A stretch of DNA of 63,281 bases, the filler included, from Guillardia theta CCMP2712 (lineage: Eukaryota > Protista > Cryptophyta), in assembly GCF_000315625.1 (NCBI RefSeq). It is 5 parts of 5 records of this genome, joined end to end, with 100 filler letters (N's around TTAATTAATTAA, not from the genome) between each part and the next. Parts side by side here need not be neighbours in the genome. Positions count along the whole stretch, not along the records: positions 46,892 to 57,247 come from NW_005434617.1; positions 57,348 to 61,291 come from NW_005434101.1; positions 61,392 to 63,281 come from NW_005434593.1; 2 more parts are not named here. One strand, given 5' to 3'. Shown here piece by piece: positions 50,932-63,281 of this stretch. The position numbers were made by a program, and so were the translations under genes. A model generated the notes under the pieces. It was not told the DNA's origin. It searched no databases and saw only the letters and a list, made by a program, of their open reading frames with translations. The stretch's first letter is position 1. Every line of letters starts with the position of its first letter.

Positions 50932-51450
50932 TCAACTCATCTGGCCTCCCTCCCGGCATTCCCGGCACGTGTTGCGCCTCCGGCCGTGCTGGCAGAAAGA
51001 AGACCCTCCGCATGCCCGGCATCGGCTCTTCTGTAGTCGATGCATGCAGATCGACGACCCCCCGCAGTCCTTGCACACGTTCCGCTGCCTCCCATGCACG
51101 CACAGCGACGAGCCCCCGCAGTCTCGGCATGTGCTTCGCCTCCTGTTGTGCTCGCAGATCGAGGATCCTCCGCAGTCGCGGCATCGGCTTCGCCGCCTGT
51201 TGTGCTCGCAGAGCGAAGGCTTCCTCCTTGCAACGACTGTTGCGGTCGGGCTGGAGGCGCTGGAGGGGCTGGAGAGGTCTTGGGCGGGGGGATGTGCATG
51301 GGAGGGGAGAAGGTCGGGGAGGAGGGGCGGGGGGAGCAGCTTGGGATGAAGAGACAGGGAGGAGGAGATGGAGCCGAGGCTCCCGTAAGGGAGGAGGTCG
51401 GCGAAGCAGTTTTTCTCCACATGGAGCAAAGCTTCGTCGAACAATGCCAT
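50932..51450 (-). CDS. Cys/His-rich repeat protein (CxHx5CxxCGGSS, 5 repeats), paralog A
   Basis: CEHNRRRSRCRDCGGSSI-type 18-aa repeats, likely zinc binding. The start codon is uncertain. Confidence 0.8.
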   Translation of the reverse strand: MALFDEALLHVEKNCFADLLPYGSLGSISSSLSLHPKLLPPPLLPDLLPSHAHPPAQDLSSPSSASSPTATVVARRKPSLCEHNRRRSRCRDCGGSSICEHNRRRSTCRDCGGSSLCVHGRQRNVCKDCGGSSICMHRLQKSRCRACGGSSFCQHGRRRNTCRECREGGQMS

Positions 51451-52978
51451 GTTTGCTGTAAAGGTCGAAAAAGGGGAAAATTAACCGGACAGACAGAAAT
51501 ATTTTCAAACACTGTTTGTCCAGATCATAGAGACAAGAGTCTAGTATGATCGCTCTCAATGACGATTGAATCCAGCTGCAGCACAATGAAAAATTGTAAC
51601 TTCCAAGACAAGGTGGGGGGTGGTCACGAGGCTTGAGCAGGTAGGTCGTCTGCCCCGAAGAAAGGTCGAGCAGGGCGAATGAACAAGAGCAACAGGGGAA
51701 GATCAGAGTAGGAGGGAGCTGTCAGGGAGTTGCTACTGGAGGGGAGGAGGAGGAGGAGGGAGGAGGGAGGGGATGGCGTGTGGGTACTTGGGGGGGGAGC
51801 ATTACTAGTGTATGTCGGACAAGTTGACAAATTATGTGACCACCCCTACCCCCAAACGGAAGTTAATCTTTGGTGCGGTCGAAGCGAAAATCACTACCCC
51901 ACCCTACCTTGTGAAAGATTAGTACCCTCACCCCCAAGGACCAATTTTTTTTTCAAAAGTCTGGTACCCTACCCTCACTCACGACCTGTTCACAGTGAAA
52001 AGTACCCCTATCTTGTGATTGGGAAGTAAACTGTTGGTGAGGTACCCTACCCCCTACCCTAGTTGTCATAGTATTGCGGGGTCACAACAAGATAACAAGA
52101 TCCGTAAAGTCCCCCGGTACTACCCCACCCCCACCCCCCACCCCCCACCCCCACTCACTAGCTCACCGCCCCAAACGGTCCTCAGTGCCCTCGAACTCTC
52201 CCCGGAGCCTCGGAGCCTCGGAGCCCCGGCCCGGTGCCCTCGGCCCGGCCCGGCCCCGGCCCCGGCCCGGCCAGGGTCATTGAGGGAATTGAGATTTTCT
52301 TTTTTACTTTTTTTGGGGGAGATTGCTCAGTCACGTACCAAGAGATGATTGGGTATCTTGGTGGGTACTTCAGAGCCAAAATGTAGGGGTGGGGTAGTCA
52401 TGGAAACATTTTTTTTTCGAATGCGAGTACCCCTATTCGTATCGGGAAAGAGGTAGTTAGAGCGGGGGGTTAAAAAAAGTTTCTAGGGGACAAGGTGATA
52501 GGACCTCCAGTAGGACCTGGGGGTAGCAGAAGAGATGGGGACGAAAATGAAAACCTTGTAATCGTAGAACGAGCGAACAAGAAAAATCGAATGTCTGCTG
52601 AAGACTACGAGTGAACAGCCTACTCCAAGAACAACCGAGCCTCTACCTCCCGTATCCTCCAAGCTTCTGCTGAGAACAAGTACATCTCAGGCTAGCACCT
52701 GATGGGCTCGCTAGTCTGCCCTGGGGACGGCTCCCCCTGATCCTTTGCGCGACTTGCTCGAAACCATACGCGTCACTGCGTTTGCAGAGTCGTTGTACAA
52801 AAGCACAATCCTCAATCTTCCTTGTAGTGTGAGATGGAACCTTGTCCTTGGGATCAGAACAGAACAGAACCACGGTGCCAACTTTGATTGAGATGAATGA
52901 CTTGAAAGATTGAAACTGCCCGCATGCCACTTGTCGTGTAAGGTGATAAATGCTTCTCGCCTCTCCTTCTCCTCCGCC

Positions 52979-53623
52979 ATGATGTCATTCCGAGACGTTC
53001 TGTCGGCAGGCTCCATTAAGAGCCAGCAGGATTCGGACAGGCAGTCAACCCAGCCCCAAAACACCTGCCGACCACCAGACGACGGTTCTCTCTTCGAAGA
53101 AGCCTTGCTGCACGTGGAGAAAAACTGCTTCGCCGATTTCGTTCGTCCTAGGGGCCTTGACTCAGCACATCTTCCCGCCCAAGACCTCTCCAGCCCCTCC
53201 AGCGCCTCCAGCCCGACCGCAACATCCAACGAGGAAAAGGAGTCCTTCGTTTGCGAGCACAACAGGCGGCGAAGCCGATGCCGCGACTGCGGAGGATCCT
53301 CGATCTGCGAGCACAACAGGAGGCGAAGCTTATGCCGAGACTGCGGGGGCTCGTCGCTGTGCGTGCATGGGAGGCAGCGGAACTTGTGCAAGGACTGCGG
53401 GGGGTCGTCGATCTGCATGCATCGACTACAGAAGAGCCGATGCCGGGCATGCGGAGGGTCTTCTTTCTGCCAGCACGGCCGGAGGCGCAACACGTGCCGG
53501 GAATGCAAAGGGGCAACCAGTTCAGGAGAGAAGCTAGTGAAGGTCAAGTCTGAAGCTGAATCCCATGATAGTTCGCTTGCGGGTCGATCCGAAAGACACC
53601 TACCTGATCGTGACAAAAATTGA
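52979..53623 (+). CDS. Cys/His-rich repeat protein (CxHx5CxxCGGSS, 5 repeats), paralog B
   Basis: Same repeats as paralog A, and it shares LFxEALLHVEKNCFAD and PAQDLSSPSSASSPTAT with it. Confidence 0.82.
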   Translation: MMSFRDVLSAGSIKSQQDSDRQSTQPQNTCRPPDDGSLFEEALLHVEKNCFADFVRPRGLDSAHLPAQDLSSPSSASSPTATSNEEKESFVCEHNRRRSRCRDCGGSSICEHNRRRSLCRDCGGSSLCVHGRQRNLCKDCGGSSICMHRLQKSRCRACGGSSFCQHGRRRNTCRECKGATSSGEKLVKVKSEAESHDSSLAGRSERHLPDRDKN

Positions 53624-54902
53624 TGTGAAGAATCACAAGAGAAGCGAAAGAGCTGATCTTGATGGGTGTAAGTTACCGTTTTCAGAAGAACTGGAGGATT
53701 GGTTGTTTGCGCTTCGTTTTCACTGACAGACAGACCATCTGTCCCAATTAAGTTTCCTGTTAAATGACAAGTGAAGCAGGGTAATGCTTAAATGCTTGTA
53801 GCTTTCCGAGTAAAAACACTAGAACTGATATTGTAACCCCGAGCCGCGACTGGCTCCGCCGGAGTTCAGTTCCATGGTTGCTCAGTTGGCCGTGCAGTCA
53901 CAGTCACAGGCTGCGCCGCCGGAGGCTCCAAGTTTCCTCAAGTGAGCCAGGCTACCATGGTTACAGTGTCGTGGACCGTCTCGAAACTTCGGAAGCGGCC
54001 CATTGCCGCGCCGCCACTGCTCGCCGAGGTTCCGAAGCCTACTGACTCGGTGAATTCCGGGCCGGCGTCCGACACGTGACTCAGCGGCTGACTGAGTGCG
54101 GGCCCGGGGATCATGGGCCGATGATCATCAGTGGCATGGGCCCGGGCCCCCGGGGCCCCGGCGGAATCAAGCCCGCCGAAGTTTTACGGTAAGGCGTTGC
54201 CGCGCCGAGTCCGGGCCTGGCGGCGCCGGGCCCGGCGTGACTCGCCAGTACGGTCCGATCAGTAGTCACGGTGGCCCACGCCGTGACTCCGGCAAGTTTT
54301 AAGGTTTCAAGGTTTACCATATCAAAGTTTCAACGTTTCAAAGTTTCAAAGTTTCTCCCCTTCGGAGAGTTTACGTGGCCCATCATGCCCTGTAGTCCTT
54401 CGAGCGGAAAGGGAGGGAGGGGGGGGGGGGGGGGAAGGAGGAGGAGGAGGAGGAGGAGGAGGGAGCGAGGAAGGAGGAGAGAGAGAAGAGAGAGAAGTGA
54501 GGACGACGAGGAAGAGAAAGCAAGACGAAGACGAAGAGGGAGGCCAGGAAGGGGAACGGAATGAAGAGGATGCAAAGGGAAAGGGCGAGTCGAGAGAGGG
54601 TGTGAGGAATAGAGGGAGGATCGGGAAGGAAAGAAAGAGGGGAGGAGAAACAGGGGGAGAGACACAAGGGAATATACGCAGAAGAAAGATGGACAGGTTG
54701 TTAGCAGGCTGCGAGTGAGGAATGACCTGGAAGGGGTTGCTGCAGTCAAGGTCGCTGGAGTTAAAACCACCCACCACATCTCCACATCCTCCCTCTCCCT
54801 CCCCCTGCTCCCGGCCCGGATCAACCGGAGAATCGCACCCGAAGAGTGCCTCCTCCCTTCTCGCCGCCTTGATCTGACACCTCTGCAGGACCAGTTGCTG
54901 CC

Positions 54903-57900
54903 ATGGCCTCCGTCTACTCGAGTTTCAGGGGTCAGCAGATCTTCATCACAGGAACCACGGGATTCGTAGGGAAATGTGTCCTGGAGAAGGTGTTGAGGGA
55001 GCTGCAGGACGTGCAGACTGTGTACATCCTGATCAGAGCGAAGAAGGGGGCCTCTCCCCAGCAGAGGGCGCAGAGGGAGATCGCTACGTCGCCGATCTTC
55101 AACCTGCTGAGGAGCACGGTGAGCTCCTCTTGCTCCCCCTTGGATCCCAGTGACTGCCGTGGTAGATGGACGACTTCGACGCCTACTTCGAGAAGAAGGT
55201 GGTGGCCGTCGCGGGAGACATCAACCAGGACTTCATGGGCCTGTCGCAGGAGGACCTGGCCCGTGTCTCCTCCTCTGTTAACTTTCTGATCCACTGTGCG
55301 GCCAACGTTGACTTCAACGAGAGGCTGGACGGGGCCATCACGACCAACTGCCGGGGGCCGCTGAGGATGATGAGGCTGGCGGAGAGGTGCCCCAACCTCA
55401 AGGCCTATGTACACGTCTCCACCGCCTACGTCAACTGTAACCGTCCGTCGGGCTCGCTCGTGGCGGAGGAGCTGCCCCTGTGCCAGTCCGATGGCGAGCA
55501 GGTGATGAAGGAGATCGAGAAGCTGGCGGTACCCGAGCTGGAGGCGAGGACCAGGGCCCTGCTGCAGGCCGAGAAGTACCCGAACACTTACACGTTCACC
55601 AAGGCGATGGGGGAGAAGCTGTTGCACAAGTACCACGGCAATATCCCCGTCGCTATCGTCCGGCCCACCATCATCGGGGCAGCATGGAGGGAGCCTGCGC
55701 CTGGCTGGGTCGACACCGTCTCGGCAGGAGGCGCTCTGTTCCTGAGCGGAGGCATGGGCTTCATGCCAGTGCAGTCGGGCGACCCGGAGCTTGTCGGGGA
55801 CCAGATTCCAGTAGACCTGGTGACCAACGCGATCCTTGTAGCGGCAGCAGAAGCCTGCAGCAAGGGCCCGGGCTTCTTCCGCATCTACCACAGCGGCAGC
55901 AGTACCAGGAACCCCGTCCGATGGTCGCTCTGCGCGGAGGCAGTGGCTCGCTTCTGGAAGAAGCGCCCTTCATCCAAGAGCCAGCTCAAGTGCCAGTACA
56001 CCATGGTGAAGAATCCGCTGGTCTACCACTGGCGATACCTCCGTCTCGTCTCCCTCCCCGCGCTCGCCCTGGGGGTCTACTCGAAGCTGTCGAGCAGCGA
56101 GCAGGTGAAGAAGAAGAGCGCTATGTTCAACAAGGTGATGAAGAGGAGTCGGACGCTAGCAGAGACTTTCCATCACTTCGTCAACAACGAGTGGTTCTAC
56201 GAGTCCAAGAACCTGCTCGCTGCCTCCGCCAGCATGCCTGACCGAGACCGCTCCTCCTTCCCCGTCGACCCCGCGCCCATCAACTGGCGGCAGTACCTGG
56301 ACGACTTCAGCTGGGGACTTCAACGGTTCATCCTCCGAGATGACGTGGCGCCTTGCCGGCACCTTAGTGACGCGTTGGAACGAGCTGGGAAGAAGGGAGG
56401 GCTGTCGTTCCTCTCCGACCTATCCTTCGCCTTCGCCTACAAGGTAGGAGGAGGAGGAGGGAGAGGAGGAGGAGGAGGAGGAGGACGGGGAGAGGCAAGA
56501 GAAGAGGGAAACCGAATACGAGGATGAGAAGGGGACGAGGACGAGGACCGAGCAGGGAAAGTGGATGTGGAAGGCAGGGAAAGAGGTAGATCCAAGGTGG
56601 AAGAGCAGTCGGGAGGGACGAAAAAGTTTCTTGTCACCTGCTGTGACAGGTCAAGGATCGCTCGATGCTCGTCGTTCCTCCCACGAAGCAGATCGTCTCT
56701 CAGATGCTCGCCTCCCCCGCAGTGCAGCAGCTGCTGAAGACTTACGGGAAGGAGAAGGTGCTGGCTGTGCTGCAGGAGATGACTGCCTCCTTTTCCCTGC
56801 CGGCCATCCGCTTCATGGCCTGGCTCATGTCCAAGGTGAGTGGGGAGAGAGAGCAAGGCAGGGCAGGGCAGAGGAGGAGAGAGAGAGGAGGGGAGGGGAG
56901 GGGAGGGGAGAGACGCACGCAGCTGATTCTTCTGGTGGCAGTTGAACAGGAAGCTCTTCTCGGAGGTGCTTGTCAACGAGAGCTCGCTGCGACACCTCCA
57001 GGACATGTCGGCAGACGATGTGAGTCCAGGAGGAGAGGAGCAGAGCAGAGGGGGAGTGAGGGAGGAGGAGGGGAGGAGGAGCTGAAAGGGGCAGAGGAAG
57101 CTGGGGAATGCTCAGCTAACGACGAGCTGGCAGTCCGTGGTGTTCCTCCCTACCCACAAGAGCTACTTCGACTTCCTGCTCGTTTCTTGGATCCTCTTCG
57201 TGTTTGACATCAAACTCCCTCACATCGCGGCTGGTCAAGACTTCCTCNNNNNNNNNNNNNNNNNNNNNNNNNNNNNNNNNNNNNNNNNNNNTTAATTAAT
57301 TAANNNNNNNNNNNNNNNNNNNNNNNNNNNNNNNNNNNNNNNNNNNNGGAGGAAGACGGGCGGTGGGAGGGGTCAGCCTTCAGCCGGGTCGAGCGGCAGA
57401 GGGCGAGGCGGAGGCGGACGAGAGGGCGAGGCTGCTGCAGGAGCCGAGGCTGCTGCAGGAGCAGCTCGAGCTATGGGCGGTGGAGCTTGTGCTGACGGAG
57501 GAGCGGGAGGGTCTTGCGGTCGCGTGAGAGGTCAGGAGGGGGCGAGGGCGGGGGGGGGTCAAGGAGCGTGTGCGTCAGGGGGGGGCAGGGAGGGCGGGGG
57601 AGAGACAGAGAGGAGGAGGACGGGGATGGGGGGGGTACGAGAGGTGGGCTTCGACGCGAGCATGGGGATCATCCTGTGAGTGACGAGTGGTGGAGAGATG
57701 GGAGACGATGGAGATGATGGAGATTATTATGGAGATGATGATTGTGATGCTGATTGGATCTGACGGTGATGCAGAGTCTGAGGGTAGATGTGTAGGCTGC
57801 TGCTTGTACACGAGCTGGATGCTGCTGTCGTCTCTTATCTGCGATGTCGATCATCATCTTCTCTGTCTTCGCTTGTCTGCTTGTCTTCTTCTCTTCCTCT

Positions 57901-58073
57901 CTGTCTGTCTCTCAGCTTGTGTGTGCGCGTGACGTTTGTCAGTGGTGTGAGGGGTCTGACGGGAGGGTGGGGTGGTCAGGTGGGGGAGGTACCGGGTCTT
58001 CCGGCTGGGGCGAGTGTTCTCCTCCTCCTTCCTGCTGTCGGTGATGGAGGAGGCGGAGTCGCTCATGCGTCTT
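54903..58073 (+). CDS. Fatty acyl-CoA reductase fused to a GPAT/DHAP-acyltransferase domain (FARAT-like); 3' end unresolved across gaps, possibly to ~59150
   Basis: FAR motifs IFITGTTGFVGKCVLEK, HCAANVDF, HVSTAYVN, YPNTYTFTKAMGE, IVRPTII and DQIPVDLV, with the Sterile-like PINWRQYL. Further exons lead to VVFLPTHKSYFDFLL...LPHIAAGQDFL (HX4D acyltransferase motif I) at ~57134-57247. Confidence 0.88.
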
Positions 58074-59798
58074 NNNNNNNNNNNNNNNNNNNNNNNNNNN
58101 NNNNNNNNNNNNNNNNNNNNNNNNNNNNNNNNNNNNNNNNNNNNNNNNNNNNNNNNNNNNNNNNNNNNNNNNNNNNNNNNNNNNNNNNNNNNNNNNNNNN
58201 NNNNNNNNNNNNNNNNNNNNNNNNNNNNNNNNNNNNNNNNNNNNNNNNNNNNNNNNNNNNNNNNNNNNNNNNNNNNNNNNNNNNNNNNNNNNNNNNNNNN
58301 NNNNNNNNNNNNNNNNNNNNNNNNNNNNNNNNNNNNNNNNNNNNNNNNNNNNNNNNNNNNNNNNNNNNNNNNNNNNNNNNNNNNNNNNNNNNNNNNNNNN
58401 NNNNNNNNNNNNNNNNNGAGATGAGCTTCAGGCGAGGCCTCGGGCAGGGGATCGACTCGCTCATCTTCGTCGGGAGGAGAGGTGACCCTCGTGCGCCTGC
58501 TGCTGCTGGGGGCTGGTCTGCGGTGTCGTGCTGCCCGCTCCTCGCGCTTGCGGGATGGGTGGGGGAGGGGGTGGGGGTGGGGACTGACACGATGACGCAG
58601 GGGCTCGCTTCGTGCTGGCGGAGGGCGGGGACCGGGAGGGGGGAGAGGGCAGGGAGGGAGGGGGCATCAGCTTCCGCATGGAGGCGGGAGAGGCGTGGGG
58701 GGTGTGCGTGCTGGATGCGGGGAGGGGAGGAGAGCGAGAGGTACGAGTGGCGAGCGTGCAGACGGAGAGGGAGAGGGAGGAATGGGGGGACGAGAACATG
58801 GAAGAGGAGCAGGAGGAGATTAAGGAGGAGGAGGAGAAGGCAGATTGGTCTTCGTCTTTCGGGGTGTCATCTTGCTCATCGCCGTCATGGTCGGAGTCGT
58901 CAGGGAGGGGCAGGAGGAGCTTGAGGGAGCAAGGCGGAGAGATGTCGGGGCTGATGTTCGGGTACAGGAGGAGGTGCTGAGGGACGAGGGGAGGAGGAGG
59001 AGGAGGAGGAGGAGGAGGAGGTTGAAGACAAAGGGCAGTAGGAAGAGGAGGTTGTATGCAAGTGAAGGACGAGAAGAAGCTGCTGGGGTTCTTTCAAAGC
59101 AACTCGCCCGACTGGTTGAGTTGTTACACTACTTTACTCAAAGTTAAGTTAAAATCAGTACCCGGTACAGTCGCCGCGGGCCCGCCGGAAGACGGCAGTG
59201 GGTCAGCGGCAGTCACTGAGACCCGGCGGTCTTAGTCTCATCGCCCTCATGCGCTTTCAGCACGTTCATAAGTTTCCCAGAGGACCCGTCAAGGTTCGAG
59301 CCACCCCTACCACCTCTCATCGACCACCCCTACTCCTTCCCACCACCCCACCCCATAAGGCTCCTCGCACACTGAAAAAGTCATCTCCCGCCTCTCGTCG
59401 TCATCATGTACTACCCCACCCCCGGATCCCAAGGAGGTTGGGAGCGACAAGGTGGGTGGTGAGGCTTTCCAGGGGACACACCACGAACGGGTTACGGCGA
59501 CGACTCGGAGACGGGGGGTGGGGTGGGAATTGGGGGTAGTAGGAGCCTGGTCTGGTAGTTCCGCCAGTACCATTTTGACTCAAGTCACAGATCAGTCGAA
59601 GGGGTGGGGTAGGGGATGGGAGGGGTAGTGGGTGGTCATAAATGGAGTCATCAGGCCCCTGAAGGAGGTCTGACCCACCCCTAGCTGCGGGGAAAATTAC
59701 ACCGAGACCCACCCCTCATCTACCCGATACCACCCCCCACCCCTCGTTCCCATGTGGCCAAAAAAACAAATATCAAATATCCCCACCCCCCTCCCGCC

Positions 59799-61228
59799 AT
59801 GAGCCGAACACATTCAGTGGCAGTTCGAGGAAAGAGAAATGCAGGGCGAGAGGCGACGGAGAAGAGAGAGAGAGCGAAGGAGGAGGAGAGGGAGAGAACG
59901 GCGGAGGAGAAGGCCAAACATCTCCACGAGGACAAGGAGAGGAGGGGAGGGGAGGCGGGGGGGCTGGAGAAAGAAACGTGATGATGGTGAGGAGGAGCAG
60001 AGGCGAGAGAGGGTGCAAGCAAACGCCCAAGAGACGAACGAGTCCTGCTGCTCCTCTCTCTGACTGACGCTTACCCTCCTGCCCCCTGCAGCGCCTCCGC
60101 ATGCCCGCCAGCCCCTCCAACACCCCCCCCGAGCTCGCTCCGGTCAGTCTGCTGGGCTCTGACCAGGTCGCTGACTGAGCTGGAGGTGCTGAGCTTGGAT
60201 CACGTCCTCAAGTGCGAGGGCCTGGGAGAGGTCCTGCCGTGTCGCTGCCGTGGTATGCTCTGACGGGCTGAGCAGGGTCTGCGGTTTTCTGGGNNNNNNN
60301 NNNNNNNNNNNNNNNNNNNNNNNNNNNNNNNNNNNNNNNNNNNNNNNNNNNNNNNNNNNNNNNNNNNNNNNNNNNNNNNNNNNNNNNNNNNNNNNNNNNN
60401 NNNNNNNNNNNNNNNNNNNNNNNNNNNNNNNNNNNNNNNNNNNNNNNNNNNNNNNNNNNNNNNNNNNNNNNNNNNNNNNNNNNNNNNNNNNNNNNNNNNN
60501 NNNNNNNNNNNNNNNNNNNNNNNNNNNNNNNNNNNNNNNNNNNNNNNNNNNNNNNNNNNNNNNNNNNNNNNNNNNNNNNNNNNNNNNNNNNNNNNNNNNN
60601 NNNNNNNNNNNNNNNAGATGATGAGCATGTCGATGGTCATGATCATAGAGCATGCGTATGATGTCAGGGGGATATTACAGGCAGACAGCTGCTGACTGTA
60701 TCGATTGTTGAGCAATGCGATGGGTGTAAGAGAGAGTCCCAGAAGACAAACAGCAGCAGCAAATCAATCACACATCAAGTGCACAATCACAGACAAGCTC
60801 AGCCTGACAAAGCATGATGAGCAAGCAGCCCTTACAACCGAGCATCAGTGTCTGCTTGCATGCAGACCACGTTGGTGTTGGTCGTGATGATTTCCTTGAA
60901 AGAGATATTGTGGACAGCGATGACTTTGTGGTGCTCAGGTGAGGATGGCTCGAGGCTTCTTTGGGACAGGCTCAACACTCAAGTCTTCATTCGCCTCCTC
61001 GGCCGTCGCGTCGTCGGCTCGCTCATGCTCAAGGTGCGCGTCGATCTCCTCCTTCTGCGGGCCTGTCTTGCTGCCAGGCGTGAGGCCTTCAGGCAGGCCC
61101 TCAGTACCGAGCTCAGCCTCACCCACGACCATCCCAGCCGCAGGGCCCCGCGCCTCGTCTACTCCTACAAGCTCTGCTTTCTGTGGAAGGCGGAGGCGAG
61201 GACGGAGGAGCCCTCGCCTTCGCCCTAG
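59799..61228 (+). CDS. Putative multi-exon gene of unknown function, gapped
   Basis: ATG follows a C-tract block. Exon-like segments with splice sites (LEVLSLDHVLKCEGLGE; RLLWDRLNTQVFIRLLGRR...YSYKLCFLWK). No family recognised. Confidence 0.35.
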
Positions 61229-61510
61229 CCCGAGAGTAAGAAGCGAGGGAGGCCGACGCCGGCGTCCACGCAGCTGCCTCCGGGTGCTGCTNNNNNNNNN
61301 NNNNNNNNNNNNNNNNNNNNNNNNNNNNNNNNNNNTTAATTAATTAANNNNNNNNNNNNNNNNNNNNNNNNNNNNNNNNNNNNNNNNNNNNTCCTTCCCC
61401 TCCCCCCGTACCCCGTACCCGTCCTCCTCCTCCTCCTCCTCCCTCCCCACCCCCCCCCCCCCCTTCCTCTTTCCCCACTTCCCCTCGAACTCCTGACGAC
61501 CACCTGCAGC

Positions 61511-62356
61511 ACTTCGACACCAATGGCACCCCCATCTCCATCGGAGGAGGCGTTCTTGCCTTTACTATCCTAGGAGTCCACTACAATCCCGAGCTAAGCC
61601 AGGCAAGAGGAGGACAGAGTTGCTTCGTTCTCTGAACTCACTCTGCCGTTCGCTCTCCTCCTCTTCCTCTCCTCCTCTTCCCCTTGTCAACCTCCCTCAC
61701 CTCCCCCTCCTGCCTCTCCCCTCGTCCTCCTCCTCCTCCCTCCCTTTCTCTCCTTTCTCTCCTGCTCTTACCTCCTCCTCCTCCTCTACCAGATCAAGTT
61801 CCTCATCCTCGATCCTCACTACACGGGCTCGGAGGACTTGAACGTCATTCAGAACCAGGGCAAGAAGAACAGCTGCAGTGGAATTCCTTCCGTAAGAAGA
61901 TTCTCCTTCAACCCCCCTCCCCTTCCCTTCCTCTCGCCTCCCTTCGTCCCTGCCCTCCTATCCCTTCTCCTCTGCTCTCCCTTGCCCTCGCCTCTCCCCT
62001 CCTCTCCTATTCCCTCTACTTCTCGCTCTTGTCTTGCTCCTGCTCTTCCTCTCCCCTTCCACCACTACCACCTCCTCCCCCACCTCCTTCTCCTCCTCCT
62101 TCTCCTCCTCTGCCACTACCTCCACCACCTGCCTCTGATTTCCTTTAGGTCGGATGGCATGACGTGAATGTCTTCCGCAAGGACTCGTTTTACAACCTCT
62201 GCCTGCCGCAGGTGATCTCCTCCTCCTCCTCCTCCTCCTCGTCGTCGTCCTCGTCCTCCTCCCTCTCCCATTCTCCCTCCTCCCCCCCATCCTCCCCTCC
62301 TCGCATTTATCACCGCCTGCATAACGACCCGCTTGCAGAGACCGATGGAAATTTAG
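61511..62356 (+). CDS. UFSP2: Ufm1-specific protease (peptidase C78), 3' exons; the 5' part is in or before the gap
   Basis: HFDTNGTPISIGGGVLAFTILGV|IKFLILDPHYTGSEDL...|VGWHDVNVFRKDSFYNLCLPQ|RPMEI* matches the UFSP2 C-terminus, including the DPH catalytic motif. Confidence 0.92.
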
Positions 62357-63021
62357 AGCATTCGCAATAAACCGTTCACTCCCCGCATTGGCCTACCCAT
62401 AGTCCCTCTCCTTACATCTGCTCTCAAGCTCCCAACCAGCTCCCCTGTACCTTCATCCATCGTCGTCTGCTACCCCTTCGCTCGCAGCGCTCTGCTACTG
62501 CAGAAAGCATGAAATGCCTGTCGGGACGGAAAATGTTAATAGTATTATAAGGGTCGGTTCACTACTATTTAAATTATTTTTAACTTTACAACACTTGTAA
62601 GGTAGAGTAAAAATGGAAAAAAGGGTTCTTTTTTTTTATAGGTTTCCAGTCCTATCCATCGGATTGGAAGGGGTGGGGTGGTTTTGAGTCTTCTGGTGGT
62701 AGACCCCACCCCCCAGGAATCTCTGACCCTTAAGGTCACAAATGAACCTTTCTGGGGAAGGGTAGGTGGAACCCCGCGATATATTATTGGATTTACTACC
62801 CCCTCAATTAATACTCAAATAACCCTACCTTCGACCAATTCTAAGGACCCCACCTACCTAAAGTCACATGTTGTACCGTCGGAGAGGAGATATTACTACC
62901 CCCATTTCAAAATTATACTACCGGTGGTGACATACACCCCCATATTTTTCGTTTTTGTGTACCCCACCCTCTCCTCAAAAACACTTCAGTTTAGCTAATA
63001 CAGTCGATATGGGAGGGGACG

Positions 63022-63099
<78 letters not shown>

Positions 63100-63281
63100 G
63101 ATTGCAAGGAGGAGGAAAGTGATGAATGCAGAGACGATCAGGAAGTCTGAGAAGAAGACGTGGAGAGCAGGATGATGCGGAGCAGGATGATGCAGAGCAG
63201 GATGATGCAGAGCAGGATGCTAGCTCCTCTGACATCGGGTTGATGGGTGGAAGCTTCCAACATGCAACGGGGGCTGCCAAC

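Overview
Eukaryotic nuclear DNA from a gapped draft assembly. It has short GT/GC-AG introns, dense (GAG)n/(CAG)n/(GAGCAG)n microsatellites and bipartite signal+Phe plastid presequences. These traits fit a secondary-plastid alga such as the cryptophyte Guillardia theta (inference only). Recognisable genes are a peptidase-C26/GAT1 amidotransferase, a large ARM-repeat protein with near-identical 786-bp repeats, and an NLR-like NACHT-pentapeptide-WD40 protein whose N-terminus carries a His/Asp/Cys 'Tox-HDC'-like peptidase signature. They are followed by TMEM260, a CAP-Gly-fused PPEF phosphatase, a fibrillin-like plastid protein, ELP6, a methyltransferase-LRR fusion, an inverted pair of CxHx5CxxC-repeat genes, a FAR-acyltransferase (FARAT-type) fusion and UFSP2. 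The interval 23.2-32.5 kb is a transposon domain. It holds an intact non-autonomous Copia-type element, then fragments of a CRE-like non-LTR retroelement and a chromovirus pol, interleaved with about 16 copies of a fixed-ended short repeat in both orientations. The whole domain sits inside a CCGG-rich island flanked by mirror-image G-tract/C-tract blocks. The best candidates for undescribed systems are the protease-armed NLR with its ARM neighbour and the repeat-punctuated retroelement 'archive'. Exon boundaries were read by eye and are approximate.
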